The position numbers were made by a program, and so were the translations under genes. The notes beneath the pieces were generated by a model. It did no database searches. It worked only from the letters and a program-made list of their open reading frames with translations, and was not told the origin of the DNA. A DNA stretch of 64,000 nucleotides from TPA_inf: Saccharomyces (lineage: Eukaryota), in the NCBI GenBank assembly GCA_000146045.2, contig BK006941.2, positions 480,001-544,000 of the forward strand, written 5' to 3'. Below, one piece after another: positions 1-12,473 of the stretch. The number at the start of each line of letters is the position of its first letter. Positions within the stretch are counted from its first letter, which is position 1.

Positions 1-2666
1 TTACCGTTCATCAATCTGTCAAAGGCTTCAGAAGTGGACATTTCGTAGTAGAAACCACCCAAAACACAGAAGATACCGATAGACCAGATCCAGACACGGA
101 CGACAGTAACAATATCAGTCCAGTTTTCAGACCACCAACCGAATAAGGTAAACATGGTAGCGATGATGTCGACAGCGAAGACGGCACCAGCCAATTGCCA
201 GGATGGGATAGAAGACCAGAATGGACCAGCAGCTCTGGTAATGAAAATCAACCAGTTTTCAGTCAAGGAAATTTGCAAGAACATAATACCGTTCATAGCA
301 CCGAAGTTTTGGATAATACCACCCTTTGGTAAGAACATAGTAGTCAAGGTAATCCAAGAACCTATAGCTAAAACTATGCCCAAAATAATAGACATACCCC
401 ATAATCTTGGTAGGTTCCATTTAACGGGCTTTGGAGAGTAAGGAGCATTATCGTAAGCAATAGCCAAAGTAGCAACATCAGCGAAAATAGCGATGAAAAC
501 AATCAAATCAATGTCCAAAGAGTTATCCAAAATAGCAATCCATAGACCCAAGAAGATTTCCAAATGTAGAGACAAAGCAATACGGTAAACAACGTAAGAG
601 TACATTCTGTGAAAAATTTGTCTGGAGGTCTTCAAAGCATCAATAATAGCAGATAGACCAGGAGCCAAGAAAACAATATCAGCAGCAGATCTGGCAGCAT
701 CAGTAGCACCTTCGACAGCAATACCAGTATCAGCCTTCTTCAAAGATGGAGCATCGTTAACACCATCACCAGTCATAGCAACCAAGTAACCTCTGTTTTG
801 CAAGATTTCAACAACTCTGTATTTATGTTGTGGGAAAACTTCAGCGAAACCATCGGCATTTTCAACAAAATCAGCTAATTCAGAACCTGGCATGTCACCA
901 CCGCCACCTAGACCTAATCTTTCAGCGTTGTAAATGTTGGTACCCAAACCCAATTGTCTACAAGTTTCCTTAGCAATACCAACAGCATCACCAGTTAACA
1001 TCTTAACTCTTAGACCCAAGTGTCTAGCTTCGCTAACAGTTTGAGCAGTATCGTCTCTTGGTGGATCCATACATGGCATAACACCCAAGATTTCCCAGTG
1101 ACCTTCACCTCTCTTTCTAGCAACACCTAAAGCACGGAACCCTCTAGAAGCCAATTCAGCAACCTTGTTTTCGTAGTTTTCATGGACATCTTCTGGGATT
1201 GGGTGATCTTCTTCGACAGTCTTCAAGACGAATAATGGAGCACCCTTAACACAAACAATTCTTTCACCTTCTGGAGATTCGACAACGGCAGTAACCTTCT
1301 TGGAGACAGGGTCAAATGGATGGAATTCCAAAACCTTGTACTTGGTCAAAGCGTCCTTAGCCTTTGGATATTGCTTCAAAGACTTCAAGAAAGCCTTATC
1401 AATAGCATCCAAACCCTTCTTCTTTCTGGAAGCAGCCAAACAAGCAGTCAACATCAAGTCGTCTGGAGAAACACCTTCAACAGTGTATGGTTCGTGCAAG
1501 GACAACTTGTTCTTGGTCAAAGTACCGGTTTTGTCGGAACACAAGATTTCGACACCAGCCAAGGATTCAATAGCAGACAACTTTTGAACAATGGCTTGTT
1601 TCTTAGCCAAGTAAGCAGCACCGACGGCCATAGTGGTGGTAACGACAGCTGGCAAACCGACTGGGACACCAATAATAGTAATACCTAGAGTGTATCTCAA
1701 GATTCTAACAATACCGTTGGTTCTGTAGAAACAAGCAGTCCAGACCAACAACAAAGTGGCAATGACCAAAACCAATAAGATAATACCAATACCGTTCAAA
1801 ACTTCAGTGAAATGACCTTGACCACCAGCGGCTTTGTTAACCAAAGCAGCAGCTCTACCAACGAAAGTGTTGTCACCGGTAGCGGTAACAACCATGAAAC
1901 CTTCACCTCTCTTAACAGTGGAAGAAGAGAAAGTTTGGTCACCGTAATGTTTGTCGACAGCCAAAGATTCACCAGTAATAGCAGATTGATCGATTTGCAA
2001 GAAACAGTCTTCAGTGACAATACGACCATCAGTTGGGATAACAGTACCATCTTCCAATTGCAAAATATCACCTGGGACGACTTCGTTGGCTGGAATTTCA
2101 ACCAATTGACCGTCTCTGATAACAACAGCAGTGTTAGCCAAAGTCTTTTTCAATTCATCGACAATAGAACCAGCTTGGAATTCTTGAACGAAACCAACAC
2201 CAGCGTTTAACATTAACAAACCACAGATAACACCGAAATCGACCCAATCGGACAAACCGGCAGCCAAAATAGCAGCGGCTTCCATAACGAATTGAATTGG
2301 ACCGACGAAAAACATAACGAACTTAACGACTAAAGATTCTTTTTCGTCAGCCATTTGATTCAAACCGTACTTCTTTCTTCTTTTCAAAACTTCATCGGAA
2401 GTTAAACCGTAAGATGGGTCAGTTTGTAAATATTCTTCTGGAACTGGTCTAGCTTCACCGGCGGCAACTGGACCATCGTTATCACTGTCTTCGTCGTCGA
2501 CACCGTGATTAGATTGTAGTTCTTCGATTAAAGCATCGATATCGTCATCGTCAGAAGATTCAGATGCAGCGTCATCGTAAGTCTTAGCAGGCTTTTCTTG
2601 AGTTGGCTGATGAGCTGAAACAGAAGATGCTGAAGAGGATGATGAAGAGGATGATGTATCAGTCAT
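1..2666 (-). CDS. PMA1: Plasma membrane H+-ATPase (P-type), 3' end truncated by window edge; start codon at 2664-2666 (complement)
   Basis: Reverse-strand translation from 2666 gives [53 protein letters not shown]..., the PMA1 N-terminus. It contains the P-type motifs CSDKTGTLT and GDGVNDAP. The window ends near ...[10 protein letters not shown], a few codons before the stop. Confidence 0.95.
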   Translation of the reverse strand, partial: MTDTSSSSSSSSASSVSAHQPTQEKPAKTYDDAASESSDDDDIDALIEELQSNHGVDDEDSDNDGPVAAGEARPVPEEYLQTDPSYGLTSDEVLKRRKKYGLNQMADEKESLVVKFVMFFVGPIQFVMEAAAILAAGLSDWVDFGVICGLLMLNAGVGFVQEFQAGSIVDELKKTLANTAVVIRDGQLVEIPANEVVPGDILQLEDGTVIPTDGRIVTEDCFLQIDQSAITGESLAVDKHYGDQTFSSSTVKRGEGFMVVTATGDNTFVGRAAALVNKAAGGQGHFTEVLNGIGIILLVLVIATLLLVWTACFYRTNGIVRILRYTLGITIIGVPVGLPAVVTTTMAVGAAYLAKKQAIVQKLSAIESLAGVEILCSDKTGTLTKNKLSLHEPYTVEGVSPDDLMLTACLAASRKKKGLDAIDKAFLKSLKQYPKAKDALTKYKVLEFHPFDPVSKKVTAVVESPEGERIVCVKGAPLFVLKTVEEDHPIPEDVHENYENKVAELASRGFRALGVARKRGEGHWEILGVMPCMDPPRDDTAQTVSEARHLGLRVKMLTGDAVGIAKETCRQLGLGTNIYNAERLGLGGGGDMPGSELADFVENADGFAEVFPQHKYRVVEILQNRGYLVAMTGDGVNDAPSLKKADTGIAVEGATDAARSAADIVFLAPGLSAIIDALKTSRQIFHRMYSYVVYRIALSLHLEIFLGLWIAILDNSLDIDLIVFIAIFADVATLAIAYDNAPYSPKPVKWNLPRLWGMSIILGIVLAIGSWITLTTMFLPKGGIIQNFGAMNGIMFLQISLTENWLIFITRAAGPFWSSIPSWQLAGAVFAVDIIATMFTLFGWWSENWTDIVTVVRVWIWSIGIFCVLGGFYYEMSTSEAFDRLMNG

Positions 2667-3259
2667 ATTGATATTGTTTGATAATTAAATCTTTCTTATC
2701 TTCTTATTCTTTTCAATGATTTTCTTTAACTAGCTGGGGTATATTTTTTTTCTTTCTTTTGAATGTGTGTATAAAAGAGAGAAAAAATGGTTATTTTCCA
2801 ATTAATTAATTATTAACGATTGTTAAAGAAAAAATTTATCAACGAGGTTGATAGAAAAAAAAAGTTTTTGTAGATATAGAAGAAAAAAAGATTTTCACTA
2901 TTGGTGTTATAGGAAAGAAAGAGAAAAAATTTAAGAGAAATTAGATGTTAGACGATAATGATAGGACATTTGAAAATAATACAATATTTGGCCTTTTTAT
3001 ATAATCGAAACTAATGGAGGGGAGCATAAGCGGTACCCACCATCGACCACGTTTCGTCACCGGTCATAATTGGAATAAACAAAACAAACAAACGAACTAA
3101 AGAGTGTGAGAGTAACAATTTCCACAGAGGTAAAAAAAAAAAAAAGGAAAACAGAAACAAAAAAAGCTCATAGTTCTACTATAGCTTCTTCAGACTTTCT
3201 GTGAACGAGGGAAAAAGACAACAAAAAAGCAATGGATAAACGGTCTCGAGAGATTTTTC

Positions 3260-3637
3260 ATGATGGAAAAGGAAGGAAAAAAACCCGAAAGGCATATGGA
3301 TAACATTCTGAAAATGTCTATTCCTGTCAAAAGCATGTCAGAGGTCTCGAGGCCTGGAAGTGCCGCATTAGGAAATACAGATGCAATGCGCGCGAGTTTA
3401 CGAAATTCTCGCAGGAGTTTCTCCGGCCATGTGCGGCTGGTTCTACGTCTCGTGTATGGGTTTATTTCTGCGGTAATTATCGCCGGATCTCCGCTTCGAG
3501 ACCGGGTTTGTTTTCAAATTACCGGAAAAGGTCAGGCAAAACAGAGTGATGTATGGGTGATCCCAGCAATGCCTGTTTATGTTTCTCCGTTTCAGGAAGC
3601 TTGTTTTGTTTTTTCCCCGTCAGCGATGGTGACGTAA
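3260..3637 (+). other. Small ORF (125 aa) embedded in the PMA1 promoter, equivalent to dubious ORF YGL007W/BRP1; probably not a real protein gene
   Basis: 125-aa ORF on the opposite strand inside the long PMA1 upstream region. It has low-complexity, non-conserved-looking composition. Confidence 0.3.
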
Positions 3638-5380
3638 ACGACTTTTTGCACTTTAGCAAAGCTGAGTTAATCTCGGAAAATCTCTGTGTCCTTCCTTTTT
3701 CTTCTAGCTTCCGTTCCGAGTCTCATCTTCTTTCCCGTGCCGTCGGGTTTAGTAAAGAAATGTAAAGAAAAAATGTCGTATCGTACCCGAGAAATATTTC
3801 AATTCTCTTACGTATGCGATAGCAGTTGGAAAGATCTGATTCGTTACGATGACTTGATAAGCGCGGGCTTTTTCGCCCTATACGGCTTGGGCCTGACTAA
3901 AATGTGATTCTGTGTTTTACGTATATGCGCGTATATAGAGCAATTGATTGACTTATTACGCAGTTTATCAAGATAAATTCTTTGTTCTTGCTTACGGGAG
4001 TGTGGTAAGCATGTATACGCCCGTTTAAAAACCCGATGGAGGCTTTTTCCCCAATTCTCGTACTCCATTGGGCATATGATTTCTTTCTTTTTCCCTTTTT
4101 TTTTTTTTCTATTTCCCTAAACTAACAGAACAAGCTTCAAAACAAATGACGGAGAGAAAAACAGTTTTGATTTACCAAATGCGGCAAACTTATTGAGGCT
4201 AGACACAGCTCTACCGGATTCGTCCGAGCACTTTTTTGTTTTCTTTTCTATATTTACTACAAACATAACAAAGTTTTGTGCGTCTTCCCTAAAGCAGCTA
4301 GGATGAAAATCCTATGCTCTCATCTCGCTGGTTGCCATCTCATCGCATCCAATGCTGTCTGTAATCATTTTATTGGACTTTTCTTTGTTTGCTAATCCCC
4401 CTTTTCTTTTTCCCGTTCTTTTCTTGTCCTTGTTTTTCATTTTAACTATATTTCTGAAATTAAGGAAAAATAAGGCAAAAAGTGGGTGGATGCATCTGCG
4501 ACTTCTCTAGTTTTGCGCCTACTTGGGCGCGCTAATAATAAGGGTTTAGCTTCTTAAAATAAAAATGTCAGTAACAGTTGTACGATAAGGTCTTTACTTT
4601 TTTTCTCTCGAGAAATGTCTTTTTCTAATTAATCTCTCTTTTCTGTTGTTGGTTACTGCCTTCCATAGTCCAAGACCATTCGTTATATGGTGCAGTGTAG
4701 GATCGAGGAGAATCGGCTCACGGTGCTTATATTATTGCCCGGCTTCAAGTATATTTACATCAGTCTCCATAGTTGTTTTATCTTATTCTTGGCATTGATC
4801 TGCTTATTAAACTATTTATCGGTTCTCTCTTCTGGTACAGAACTTAACATGATCTTGTTTTCACTATTGTGCCATAAGCTGAAAAGGCTAAAATAAAATT
4901 AAGATAGTAAAGTTCACTCTTAAACTAATCAAGCATGAATAATACAAAATAAATATTTGAGCCAAAGGGGATGATTTAATTATCAAGTTTTTCTTTTCAT
5001 ACTTCGGTTTACAAGCATTGTTTACGGCTCTTCTTTTCTTAGTTCTTGGCAGTTTGTGTTTTCTTGATGAGAATAAGAAAAGTATCGATCTTACGGCAAA
5101 ACATAAATAAAACACAACTTTATCTTTTTTTGTCGCAGTAGTGTGGTCCTACAGCTCCAAGCCTGCCGCTTTTAAAATAGTGAGCTGTGCATACTGATAT
5201 ATGTTCTATTTTACCCATTTGAGGGGCCTAAATTGTCTATTAATTTTTTTACTTTAATACAGTTTGTATAGAAACATGTGGCACTAACAGCTTTATCCGC
5301 CCGCAGAAAAGATAAAAAAAAAGGGTTTTTACCCGGCAAAGAAGCTTCTCCATCATTTGTCAGGGGGAAAAGAAAATTAG

Positions 5381-5388
5381 GAGGCTCA
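5381..5388 (+). promoter_or_regulatory. Candidate calcineurin-dependent response element (Crz1 site GNGGCKCA) in PMC1 promoter
   Basis: GAGGCTCA is an exact match to the Crz1 consensus, about 530 bp upstream of the PMC1 ATG. PMC1 is a classic Crz1 target. Confidence 0.4.
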
Positions 5389-5920
5389 GGCCCTAGAAGC
5401 GCCCTCCACGCTTTTTAAACAAATGCTAATCTTCATAATTCATTATCATCGCCACTTGGCATTGCATTTAATGGGCGCCTTCCAAAAACATTCAAATAGT
5501 ATCAGCCCCCCCCCAAGGAAAGGCTTTATTTGAATTGCGTTAAATATTCGATTTCTTTCTAGCAATTATTACCAAAATAAATTGCAGGCTTAACGAAAAA
5601 TTAAATAATCTCTTCAGATTTTTTCACTTCCCCAAACTACATTTTAGTCAGGTTGGCACGATTCAATTGAGAAGGCTTAGGTTAAGAATAAACATTTTTT
5701 CATAAATTTGAGGAAGAAGGGGCTTTTCTGGTAATTTTCATTCAATAGAAAGGCTTAAGAAAACGTCAAAAAACTCATGCGCCTCCAGTAAAAACTAAGT
5801 GTATTAAGAGAATTGTATCACATATATACGACATTGAATTAAAGAAATAAAACTTGAACAAATAAAGTTTAGAAAAGTGGTTCTAAAAAAAAAAAAACTG
5901 TGTGCGTAACAAAAAAAATA

Positions 5921-8900
5921 ATGTCTAGACAAGACGAAAATTCTGCTTTACTAGCGAATAATGAAAATAACAAACCATCGTATACGGGAAATGAGAACGG
6001 AGTCTACGATAATTTCAAATTATCAAAAAGTCAACTTTCGGATCTTCATAACCCTAAATCAATAAGATCATTTGTCAGATTATTTGGATATGAGTCTAAC
6101 AGCCTCTTCAAATACTTGAAAACAGATAAAAATGCAGGCATTTCTCTTCCAGAAATATCAAATTATCGAAAGACAAACCGGTATAAAAATTATGGCGATA
6201 ATTCACTTCCTGAAAGAATACCAAAGTCTTTTTTACAATTAGTATGGGCTGCTTTTAATGACAAAACAATGCAATTACTGACAGTCGCCGCTGTTGTTTC
6301 CTTTGTTTTAGGTCTATACGAACTATGGATGCAACCTCCACAGTATGATCCTGAAGGAAATAAAATTAAGCAAGTTGACTGGATTGAAGGGGTTGCTATC
6401 ATGATTGCGGTCTTTGTGGTAGTTCTAGTGAGTGCCGCTAACGATTACCAGAAGGAGTTGCAATTTGCAAAGCTAAATAAAAAGAAGGAAAACCGTAAAA
6501 TTATAGTCATAAGAAATGATCAGGAAATATTAATTTCCATTCACCACGTTTTAGTCGGTGATGTCATTTCATTACAAACCGGTGATGTTGTCCCCGCTGA
6601 TTGTGTTATGATATCAGGGAAGTGTGAGGCAGATGAATCATCCATCACTGGTGAATCTAACACAATACAGAAATTTCCGGTGGATAACTCATTAAGAGAT
6701 TTCAAAAAATTTAATTCTATCGATAGTCATAACCATAGCAAACCATTAGATATAGGTGACGTTAACGAAGACGGTAACAAGATTGCTGATTGTATGTTGA
6801 TTTCAGGTTCCAGAATTCTCTCTGGCTTGGGCAGGGGTGTCATCACGTCCGTGGGTATAAACTCAGTTTACGGTCAAACCATGACTTCATTAAATGCCGA
6901 ACCTGAAAGTACTCCATTACAGTTACATTTGAGCCAATTGGCTGATAATATATCCGTTTACGGTTGCGTGTCTGCTATAATTCTTTTCTTGGTCCTTTTC
7001 ACTAGGTACTTATTTTACATAATACCTGAGGATGGCAGGTTCCATGATCTAGATCCCGCTCAAAAGGGTTCTAAATTTATGAACATTTTTATCACATCTA
7101 TCACGGTTATTGTGGTGGCTGTTCCGGAAGGTTTACCATTAGCTGTAACTTTGGCCTTAGCGTTTGCAACAACAAGAATGACAAAAGACGGTAATTTAGT
7201 ACGGGTTTTAAGAAGCTGTGAAACGATGGGATCTGCTACTGCAGTGTGCTCTGATAAGACTGGCACTTTGACAGAAAATGTCATGACTGTCGTTCGTGGC
7301 TTCCCGGGCAATTCTAAATTTGATGATAGTAAATCGTTGCCCGTTAGCGAACAAAGGAAGCTGAATTCTAAGAAAGTTTTTGAAGAAAATTGTTCGTCAT
7401 CCTTGAGAAATGATTTATTAGCCAATATTGTCCTGAATTCTACCGCCTTCGAAAACAGAGATTATAAGAAAAACGATAAAAATACAAATGGTAGTAAAAA
7501 TATGTCAAAAAATTTGAGTTTTTTAGATAAGTGTAAATCTAGATTATCGTTTTTTAAAAAAGGCAACAGGGAAGATGACGAGGATCAATTATTCAAAAAT
7601 GTCAACAAGGGTAGGCAAGAACCCTTTATTGGCTCTAAAACGGAAACAGCCTTACTCAGTTTGGCAAGATTATCATTAGGATTACAACCGGGAGAATTGC
7701 AATATTTGAGAGATCAACCGATGGAAAAGTTTAATATCGAAAAAGTTGTTCAAACAATTCCGTTTGAAAGTTCTCGTAAATGGGCCGGCTTAGTGGTAAA
7801 GTACAAAGAAGGCAAAAATAAAAAACCATTTTACAGGTTTTTCATTAAAGGTGCAGCAGAAATTGTTTCCAAGAATTGTTCGTACAAGAGGAATTCAGAT
7901 GATACTTTGGAAGAAATCAATGAGGACAATAAAAAAGAAACTGATGATGAAATCAAAAATCTTGCGTCCGATGCTCTCAGAGCCATAAGTGTTGCCCACA
8001 AAGATTTCTGCGAATGTGATAGCTGGCCCCCTGAACAGCTGCGTGATAAAGACTCACCAAATATAGCTGCTCTTGACTTGCTATTTAACAGTCAAAAGGG
8101 CTTAATTCTAGATGGTTTACTTGGGATTCAAGACCCTTTACGTGCAGGCGTTAGGGAGTCAGTACAACAGTGCCAACGTGCTGGTGTAACTGTGCGTATG
8201 GTTACTGGTGACAATATATTAACAGCAAAAGCAATCGCGAGGAATTGTGCGATTCTTTCTACTGATATTAGTTCAGAGGCTTATTCTGCAATGGAAGGCA
8301 CTGAATTCAGAAAGTTAACGAAAAACGAACGTATAAGAATCCTGCCAAATTTAAGGGTCTTAGCAAGGTCTTCGCCTGAGGATAAAAGGTTATTAGTAGA
8401 AACATTGAAGGGGATGGGAGATGTTGTTGCGGTCACTGGCGATGGTACGAACGATGCTCCAGCTTTAAAGCTAGCTGATGTTGGTTTCTCAATGGGTATT
8501 TCCGGTACGGAGGTTGCCAGAGAGGCTTCTGACATTATTTTGATGACTGATGATTTCTCAGCTATTGTCAACGCTATTAAGTGGGGAAGATGTGTTTCAG
8601 TCTCCATAAAAAAGTTCATACAGTTTCAATTAATTGTTAATATCACCGCAGTGATTTTAACGTTCGTTTCATCCGTTGCATCTAGTGATGAAACATCAGT
8701 ACTGACGGCGGTCCAACTGTTATGGATCAATCTAATCATGGATACTCTAGCAGCTTTAGCTTTAGCCACTGATAAACCCGATCCAAATATCATGGACAGA
8801 AAACCTAGGGGCCGCTCAACTTCTTTGATTTCTGTGTCAACTTGGAAAATGATTCTATCACAAGCTACATTGCAGTTGATAGTTACTTTCATTTTGCATT

Positions 8901-9442
8901 TTTACGGGCCAGAGTTATTCTTCAAGAAACATGAAGATGAAATAACAAGTCACCAACAGCAGCAACTGAATGCCATGACATTCAACACTTTTGTTTGGTT
9001 GCAATTTTTTACCATGTTAGTATCGAGAAAATTAGATGAAGGTGATGGTATATCAAACTGGAGAGGCAGGATTTCTGCCGCCAATTTGAATTTCTTCCAA
9101 GACTTGGGTAGAAACTATTATTTTCTCACGATCATGGCGATCATTGGCAGCTGTCAAGTTTTAATCATGTTTTTTGGTGGCGCACCATTTTCTATTGCCA
9201 GACAAACCAAATCAATGTGGATAACCGCGGTACTGTGTGGTATGTTGTCTCTAATCATGGGGGTGCTAGTGAGAATCTGCCCCGATGAAGTAGCAGTGAA
9301 GGTATTTCCGGCTGCTTTCGTTCAAAGATTCAAGTACGTATTTGGACTCGAGTTCCTCAGAAAAAACCATACTGGAAAACACGACGATGAAGAAGCGCTG
9401 TTGGAGGAATCTGATAGTCCAGAGTCCACCGCCTTTTATTAA
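5921..9442 (+). CDS. PMC1: Vacuolar Ca2+-transporting P-type ATPase (PMCA family), 1173 aa
   Basis: ORF 5900..9442. The protein matches PMC1 from MSRQDENSALLANNENNKPSY..., so the start is taken at the Met at 5921. Motifs [20 protein letters not shown] and PEGLP are present. Confidence 0.93.
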   Translation: MSRQDENSALLANNENNKPSYTGNENGVYDNFKLSKSQLSDLHNPKSIRSFVRLFGYESNSLFKYLKTDKNAGISLPEISNYRKTNRYKNYGDNSLPERIPKSFLQLVWAAFNDKTMQLLTVAAVVSFVLGLYELWMQPPQYDPEGNKIKQVDWIEGVAIMIAVFVVVLVSAANDYQKELQFAKLNKKKENRKIIVIRNDQEILISIHHVLVGDVISLQTGDVVPADCVMISGKCEADESSITGESNTIQKFPVDNSLRDFKKFNSIDSHNHSKPLDIGDVNEDGNKIADCMLISGSRILSGLGRGVITSVGINSVYGQTMTSLNAEPESTPLQLHLSQLADNISVYGCVSAIILFLVLFTRYLFYIIPEDGRFHDLDPAQKGSKFMNIFITSITVIVVAVPEGLPLAVTLALAFATTRMTKDGNLVRVLRSCETMGSATAVCSDKTGTLTENVMTVVRGFPGNSKFDDSKSLPVSEQRKLNSKKVFEENCSSSLRNDLLANIVLNSTAFENRDYKKNDKNTNGSKNMSKNLSFLDKCKSRLSFFKKGNREDDEDQLFKNVNKGRQEPFIGSKTETALLSLARLSLGLQPGELQYLRDQPMEKFNIEKVVQTIPFESSRKWAGLVVKYKEGKNKKPFYRFFIKGAAEIVSKNCSYKRNSDDTLEEINEDNKKETDDEIKNLASDALRAISVAHKDFCECDSWPPEQLRDKDSPNIAALDLLFNSQKGLILDGLLGIQDPLRAGVRESVQQCQRAGVTVRMVTGDNILTAKAIARNCAILSTDISSEAYSAMEGTEFRKLTKNERIRILPNLRVLARSSPEDKRLLVETLKGMGDVVAVTGDGTNDAPALKLADVGFSMGISGTEVAREASDIILMTDDFSAIVNAIKWGRCVSVSIKKFIQFQLIVNITAVILTFVSSVASSDETSVLTAVQLLWINLIMDTLAALALATDKPDPNIMDRKPRGRSTSLISVSTWKMILSQATLQLIVTFILHFYGPELFFKKHEDEITSHQQQQLNAMTFNTFVWLQFFTMLVSRKLDEGDGISNWRGRISAANLNFFQDLGRNYYFLTIMAIIGSCQVLIMFFGGAPFSIARQTKSMWITAVLCGMLSLIMGVLVRICPDEVAVKVFPAAFVQRFKYVFGLEFLRKNHTGKHDDEEALLEESDSPESTAFY

Positions 9443-9707
9443 TAGACGCGCTCTATATGTTTATACAAATGTAAGTGACCAAATGAAAAGATGTGTGTAA
9501 TAGTTATATTTTCAAAATTGTACACTATATTATATAATCAATAAAAAGAAACTATCTGAAATAGCATGTCCTCCTAAACAAATTCCTTTTTACCCTTTTA
9601 TGCATTACAAGTGGACCAAAAGGACTGGAAATGGTAAAAAGAAATAAGAATTTAAACATGCTATAAATTTCTTTTGTTAATTGCAAATTTTTTGTTTTTA
9701 TCACCGA

Positions 9708-10547
9708 TTATGATATCATACCATCGTCAATATTCTTGGTTGATAAATAACTTTGTGCTTTTGATTTTATGCTCTCCGAAAAGTTGCTATACTCAGCAAA
9801 GAACTTATCTAGGCCTTTAAACAGACATTTCAGTTCAGAAAGTGAATCAATTCTCCCAATCAAATCCTTGTTTGTTTCATCTTTAGCCTCGTTATCAATC
9901 GCAGAGCTTAAAGATTCATCGATTGTATCCTCTAATGCTTTCAATGATGTTCTAAAATCTGTTATCGAAAGATCTGTCCCCGTGCTGGTTGTATTATTTT
10001 CTCTAACTGTCGAAATATTCGTAACGGTCCTAACTTGTTCCAGGTAATATACCACTTTTTCAATTCTCTCCTTAATCAACATTAAACTTTGCAGTTGTTG
10101 CCTCACATTGGTATTGCGATTATTTTCGTTATCTAGATCGCTTAGTTTCTCAGTTACATTATGCATTCCTGTTTCTAATGCTCTTACAGCACTTGCCAAC
10201 GTATCTAAGTAATATTCAAGCTTCGATGATTTTAAGGATTCAGTAGAATACAATGAGGAATCGTTCTGTTCTGCTTCTTTGTGATACCTAGAAGATGCCC
10301 AAGTTCTTGGTAACGTTTGAGATAATTTATCCAAATTCCATATGGTGCTTTCCAACTCTTTTGTAAGGTTCTTTGTGTAAAAATCCAACCTGGTTAATAG
10401 CAATGAGGATACTGATTGCGTTTGAATCTGATCTTCGTTTAAGGCATTTGATAAGAGTATATCAACGAATGCATGGGGAACGAACTCCTCATCAAAAAAC
10501 ATACTCAATATATCATCATCATCACCCGTAATTGTCAACTCTACCAT
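9708..10547 (-). CDS. COG7: Conserved oligomeric Golgi complex subunit 7, 279 aa
   Basis: 279-aa ORF MVELTITGDDDDILSMFFDEEFVPHAFVDILL..., recognised as yeast Cog7. Its position between PMC1 and RPN14 matches chr VII order. Confidence 0.85.
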   Translation of the reverse strand: MVELTITGDDDDILSMFFDEEFVPHAFVDILLSNALNEDQIQTQSVSSLLLTRLDFYTKNLTKELESTIWNLDKLSQTLPRTWASSRYHKEAEQNDSSLYSTESLKSSKLEYYLDTLASAVRALETGMHNVTEKLSDLDNENNRNTNVRQQLQSLMLIKERIEKVVYYLEQVRTVTNISTVRENNTTSTGTDLSITDFRTSLKALEDTIDESLSSAIDNEAKDETNKDLIGRIDSLSELKCLFKGLDKFFAEYSNFSESIKSKAQSYLSTKNIDDGMIS

Positions 10548-10702
10548 ATTCTGCTTAGTTTGGCCTTCTTGTTCTTAGTGAATTGTTCTATTTTAGACAT
10601 ATTTCATATGGAAATAAAATGCATTATCACCCTCAAAGCGCATTACGCCAAGCTCATGCAGCGAAGTGAACTTTTTTGAAAAAGTTACTAGTACGAAAGA
10701 GG

Positions 10703-11956
10703 TTAAGGATTACTTAAGTTATACAAAGCGCAGAAGTTGTTTTTTCCAACTTCAAGCACCTCCCCATTTGATTCATCATCAGAAACGTAACAGAATTGGC
10801 TGACCTCATCGTCATTGGAAACTAAAAAGGTGGGCGTCTCAAATTCAATAGCGGGCCGTTCACTTTCTGGGTCTGAAATAATGTCAAGCTTAATACTGGT
10901 GTCGAATCCAGAAGATACAAATAAGGCTCCGGCTGCAAAGTAGACATTGTTTATTGGGGTGCCTTCATTAATTAAAAACTCACCAACTGGGCATTCCGGT
11001 GATCTTAGATCCCATTGAGCTAGCATTCCATTTTCATATCCGGCATAAATATAGTTTGCATTATTGCCATCGACTGTCAATGAATTACATGAACATGTGA
11101 ACTTGCTTGGGAGTTGAATAGTTTGCTCTTTGGAAAATACATTATGTACAGTAATAACACCAGAAACGTGACCAGCAATCACATATTTTCCATATGTTCC
11201 AAACTCTAGATTATTTTTCTTGGAAGTAGAAATTTCATGTAATTGTCTGTCTGTCCCTACGAACAGCGCTATGCTGTTAACACCATCATGCGGGTTTTCT
11301 TTTCTGTTAAACGTGTGAATTGTCGTTCCTGTGCCGCACTCCCAAAGGCGAATTGTACCATCCAAAGAGGCAGAGAGCACATTCCTTCCTCGGTCTATTA
11401 TGGCAATATCTGTGACTGTCGCCCTGTGTCCAATTAACGTGCGAGGATTTGAGCCGTCTTTTACTGACCAGATCTTTAATTGCATATCCTGTGAACTAGA
11501 TATCAAAGCTTCACCGCTTGGAAAAAACTTTAGTTTTGTTATTTCACTAACGTGAGCTTGGTCAATTTCTCTTTGAAGGTTGAAATTTGAATCCAATACT
11601 TTAATATCGCCTTCTGTAGTGCCTAATATGAACCGTCTCATCTGAAGTTTAGCTGTGTCTACGGCAGTATAATCCGCCCTCTTGAGCATCTTTGAACCAT
11701 CTCTTATGATAGTATTGAATAAAAAATCATGTCCATCCAACCGCGCCTTGTATAAGTGGGAGCCAACCTTTTCAAATGTATTTCCTTTGCCTGCATCTAC
11801 ACCCCTGCTATTTCCTAACACTACTATCTTATGCTCCTTGATTTCATTTAGGTTTTTGTCAACATTGATGTAAAATTCATCGTCATTTTCATCATTTTCT
11901 TCCAGAACAGCTTTAAAATCATACTGGATATGAGCAACTGTGATGGTCTTAGTCAT
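10703..11956 (-). CDS. RPN14: Proteasome regulatory particle assembly chaperone, WD40 protein, 417 aa
   Basis: 417-aa ORF with WD-repeat signatures (LWECGTG, IWSV), recognised as Rpn14 (YGL004C). Confidence 0.85.
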   Translation of the reverse strand: MTKTITVAHIQYDFKAVLEENDENDDEFYINVDKNLNEIKEHKIVVLGNSRGVDAGKGNTFEKVGSHLYKARLDGHDFLFNTIIRDGSKMLKRADYTAVDTAKLQMRRFILGTTEGDIKVLDSNFNLQREIDQAHVSEITKLKFFPSGEALISSSQDMQLKIWSVKDGSNPRTLIGHRATVTDIAIIDRGRNVLSASLDGTIRLWECGTGTTIHTFNRKENPHDGVNSIALFVGTDRQLHEISTSKKNNLEFGTYGKYVIAGHVSGVITVHNVFSKEQTIQLPSKFTCSCNSLTVDGNNANYIYAGYENGMLAQWDLRSPECPVGEFLINEGTPINNVYFAAGALFVSSGFDTSIKLDIISDPESERPAIEFETPTFLVSNDDEVSQFCYVSDDESNGEVLEVGKNNFCALYNLSNP

Positions 11957-12473
11957 TGTCGTTTCTATTGTACTTCGCTATTTCTTTTTACTTTCTGCTC
12001 TTAGGGTTGAAAACTTAATTTTTCGAAGCTTCTTTTGCCGATTTCTAGATTATTCGCCCATCCTGACGCCTGTAATATGTCATGTTAAAAACATCACAAA
12101 AGTTAATAAGGTTAACTGAGCCTTATTCCCAAATCCTGACAAGGACAAATGCCATTTTTAATGTGCAAGAAAAAGGTTCCATCCAGTTTTCTAATAACTG
12201 GATGACGAAATTTTAACGGAACTTATTAACCGTCTCTTTTTATATTGTTACGTATTTTGTATGCTTGGTAGGTACGTTACCTTAGTACATAAGTGTTATC
12301 GTTAAAATCTTCTCACTGAAACAATTGAACTAATCAACCGACCTTGTTAGATGAGTGAGGTGTAAGTAGAACTATATGAACTACTGGGCATTCGCAACAA
12401 CACCATCAGATATACTAGTACACTTTTTTTTACAGAATTTTTGAGATGATATTACTACTATGAAAACCCTTTA

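Noticed and set aside
1300-2210. Several 95-132-aa ORFs on the + strand (1300-1587, 1320-1688, 1812-2210) and a 109-aa ORF on the - strand (1796-2125) in an alternate frame
   Set aside because: All lie inside the PMA1 coding region, antisense or in an alternate frame. They have serine/threonine-rich nonsense composition typical of out-of-frame translation of a highly expressed, codon-biased gene.
3030-3060. Possible Rap1 site (GTACCCACCATCG) in PMA1 promoter
   Set aside because: It fits the ACCCANNCAYY consensus only with mismatches at the CA positions. I cannot distinguish it from chance without a PWM scan, so it is not reported as a feature.
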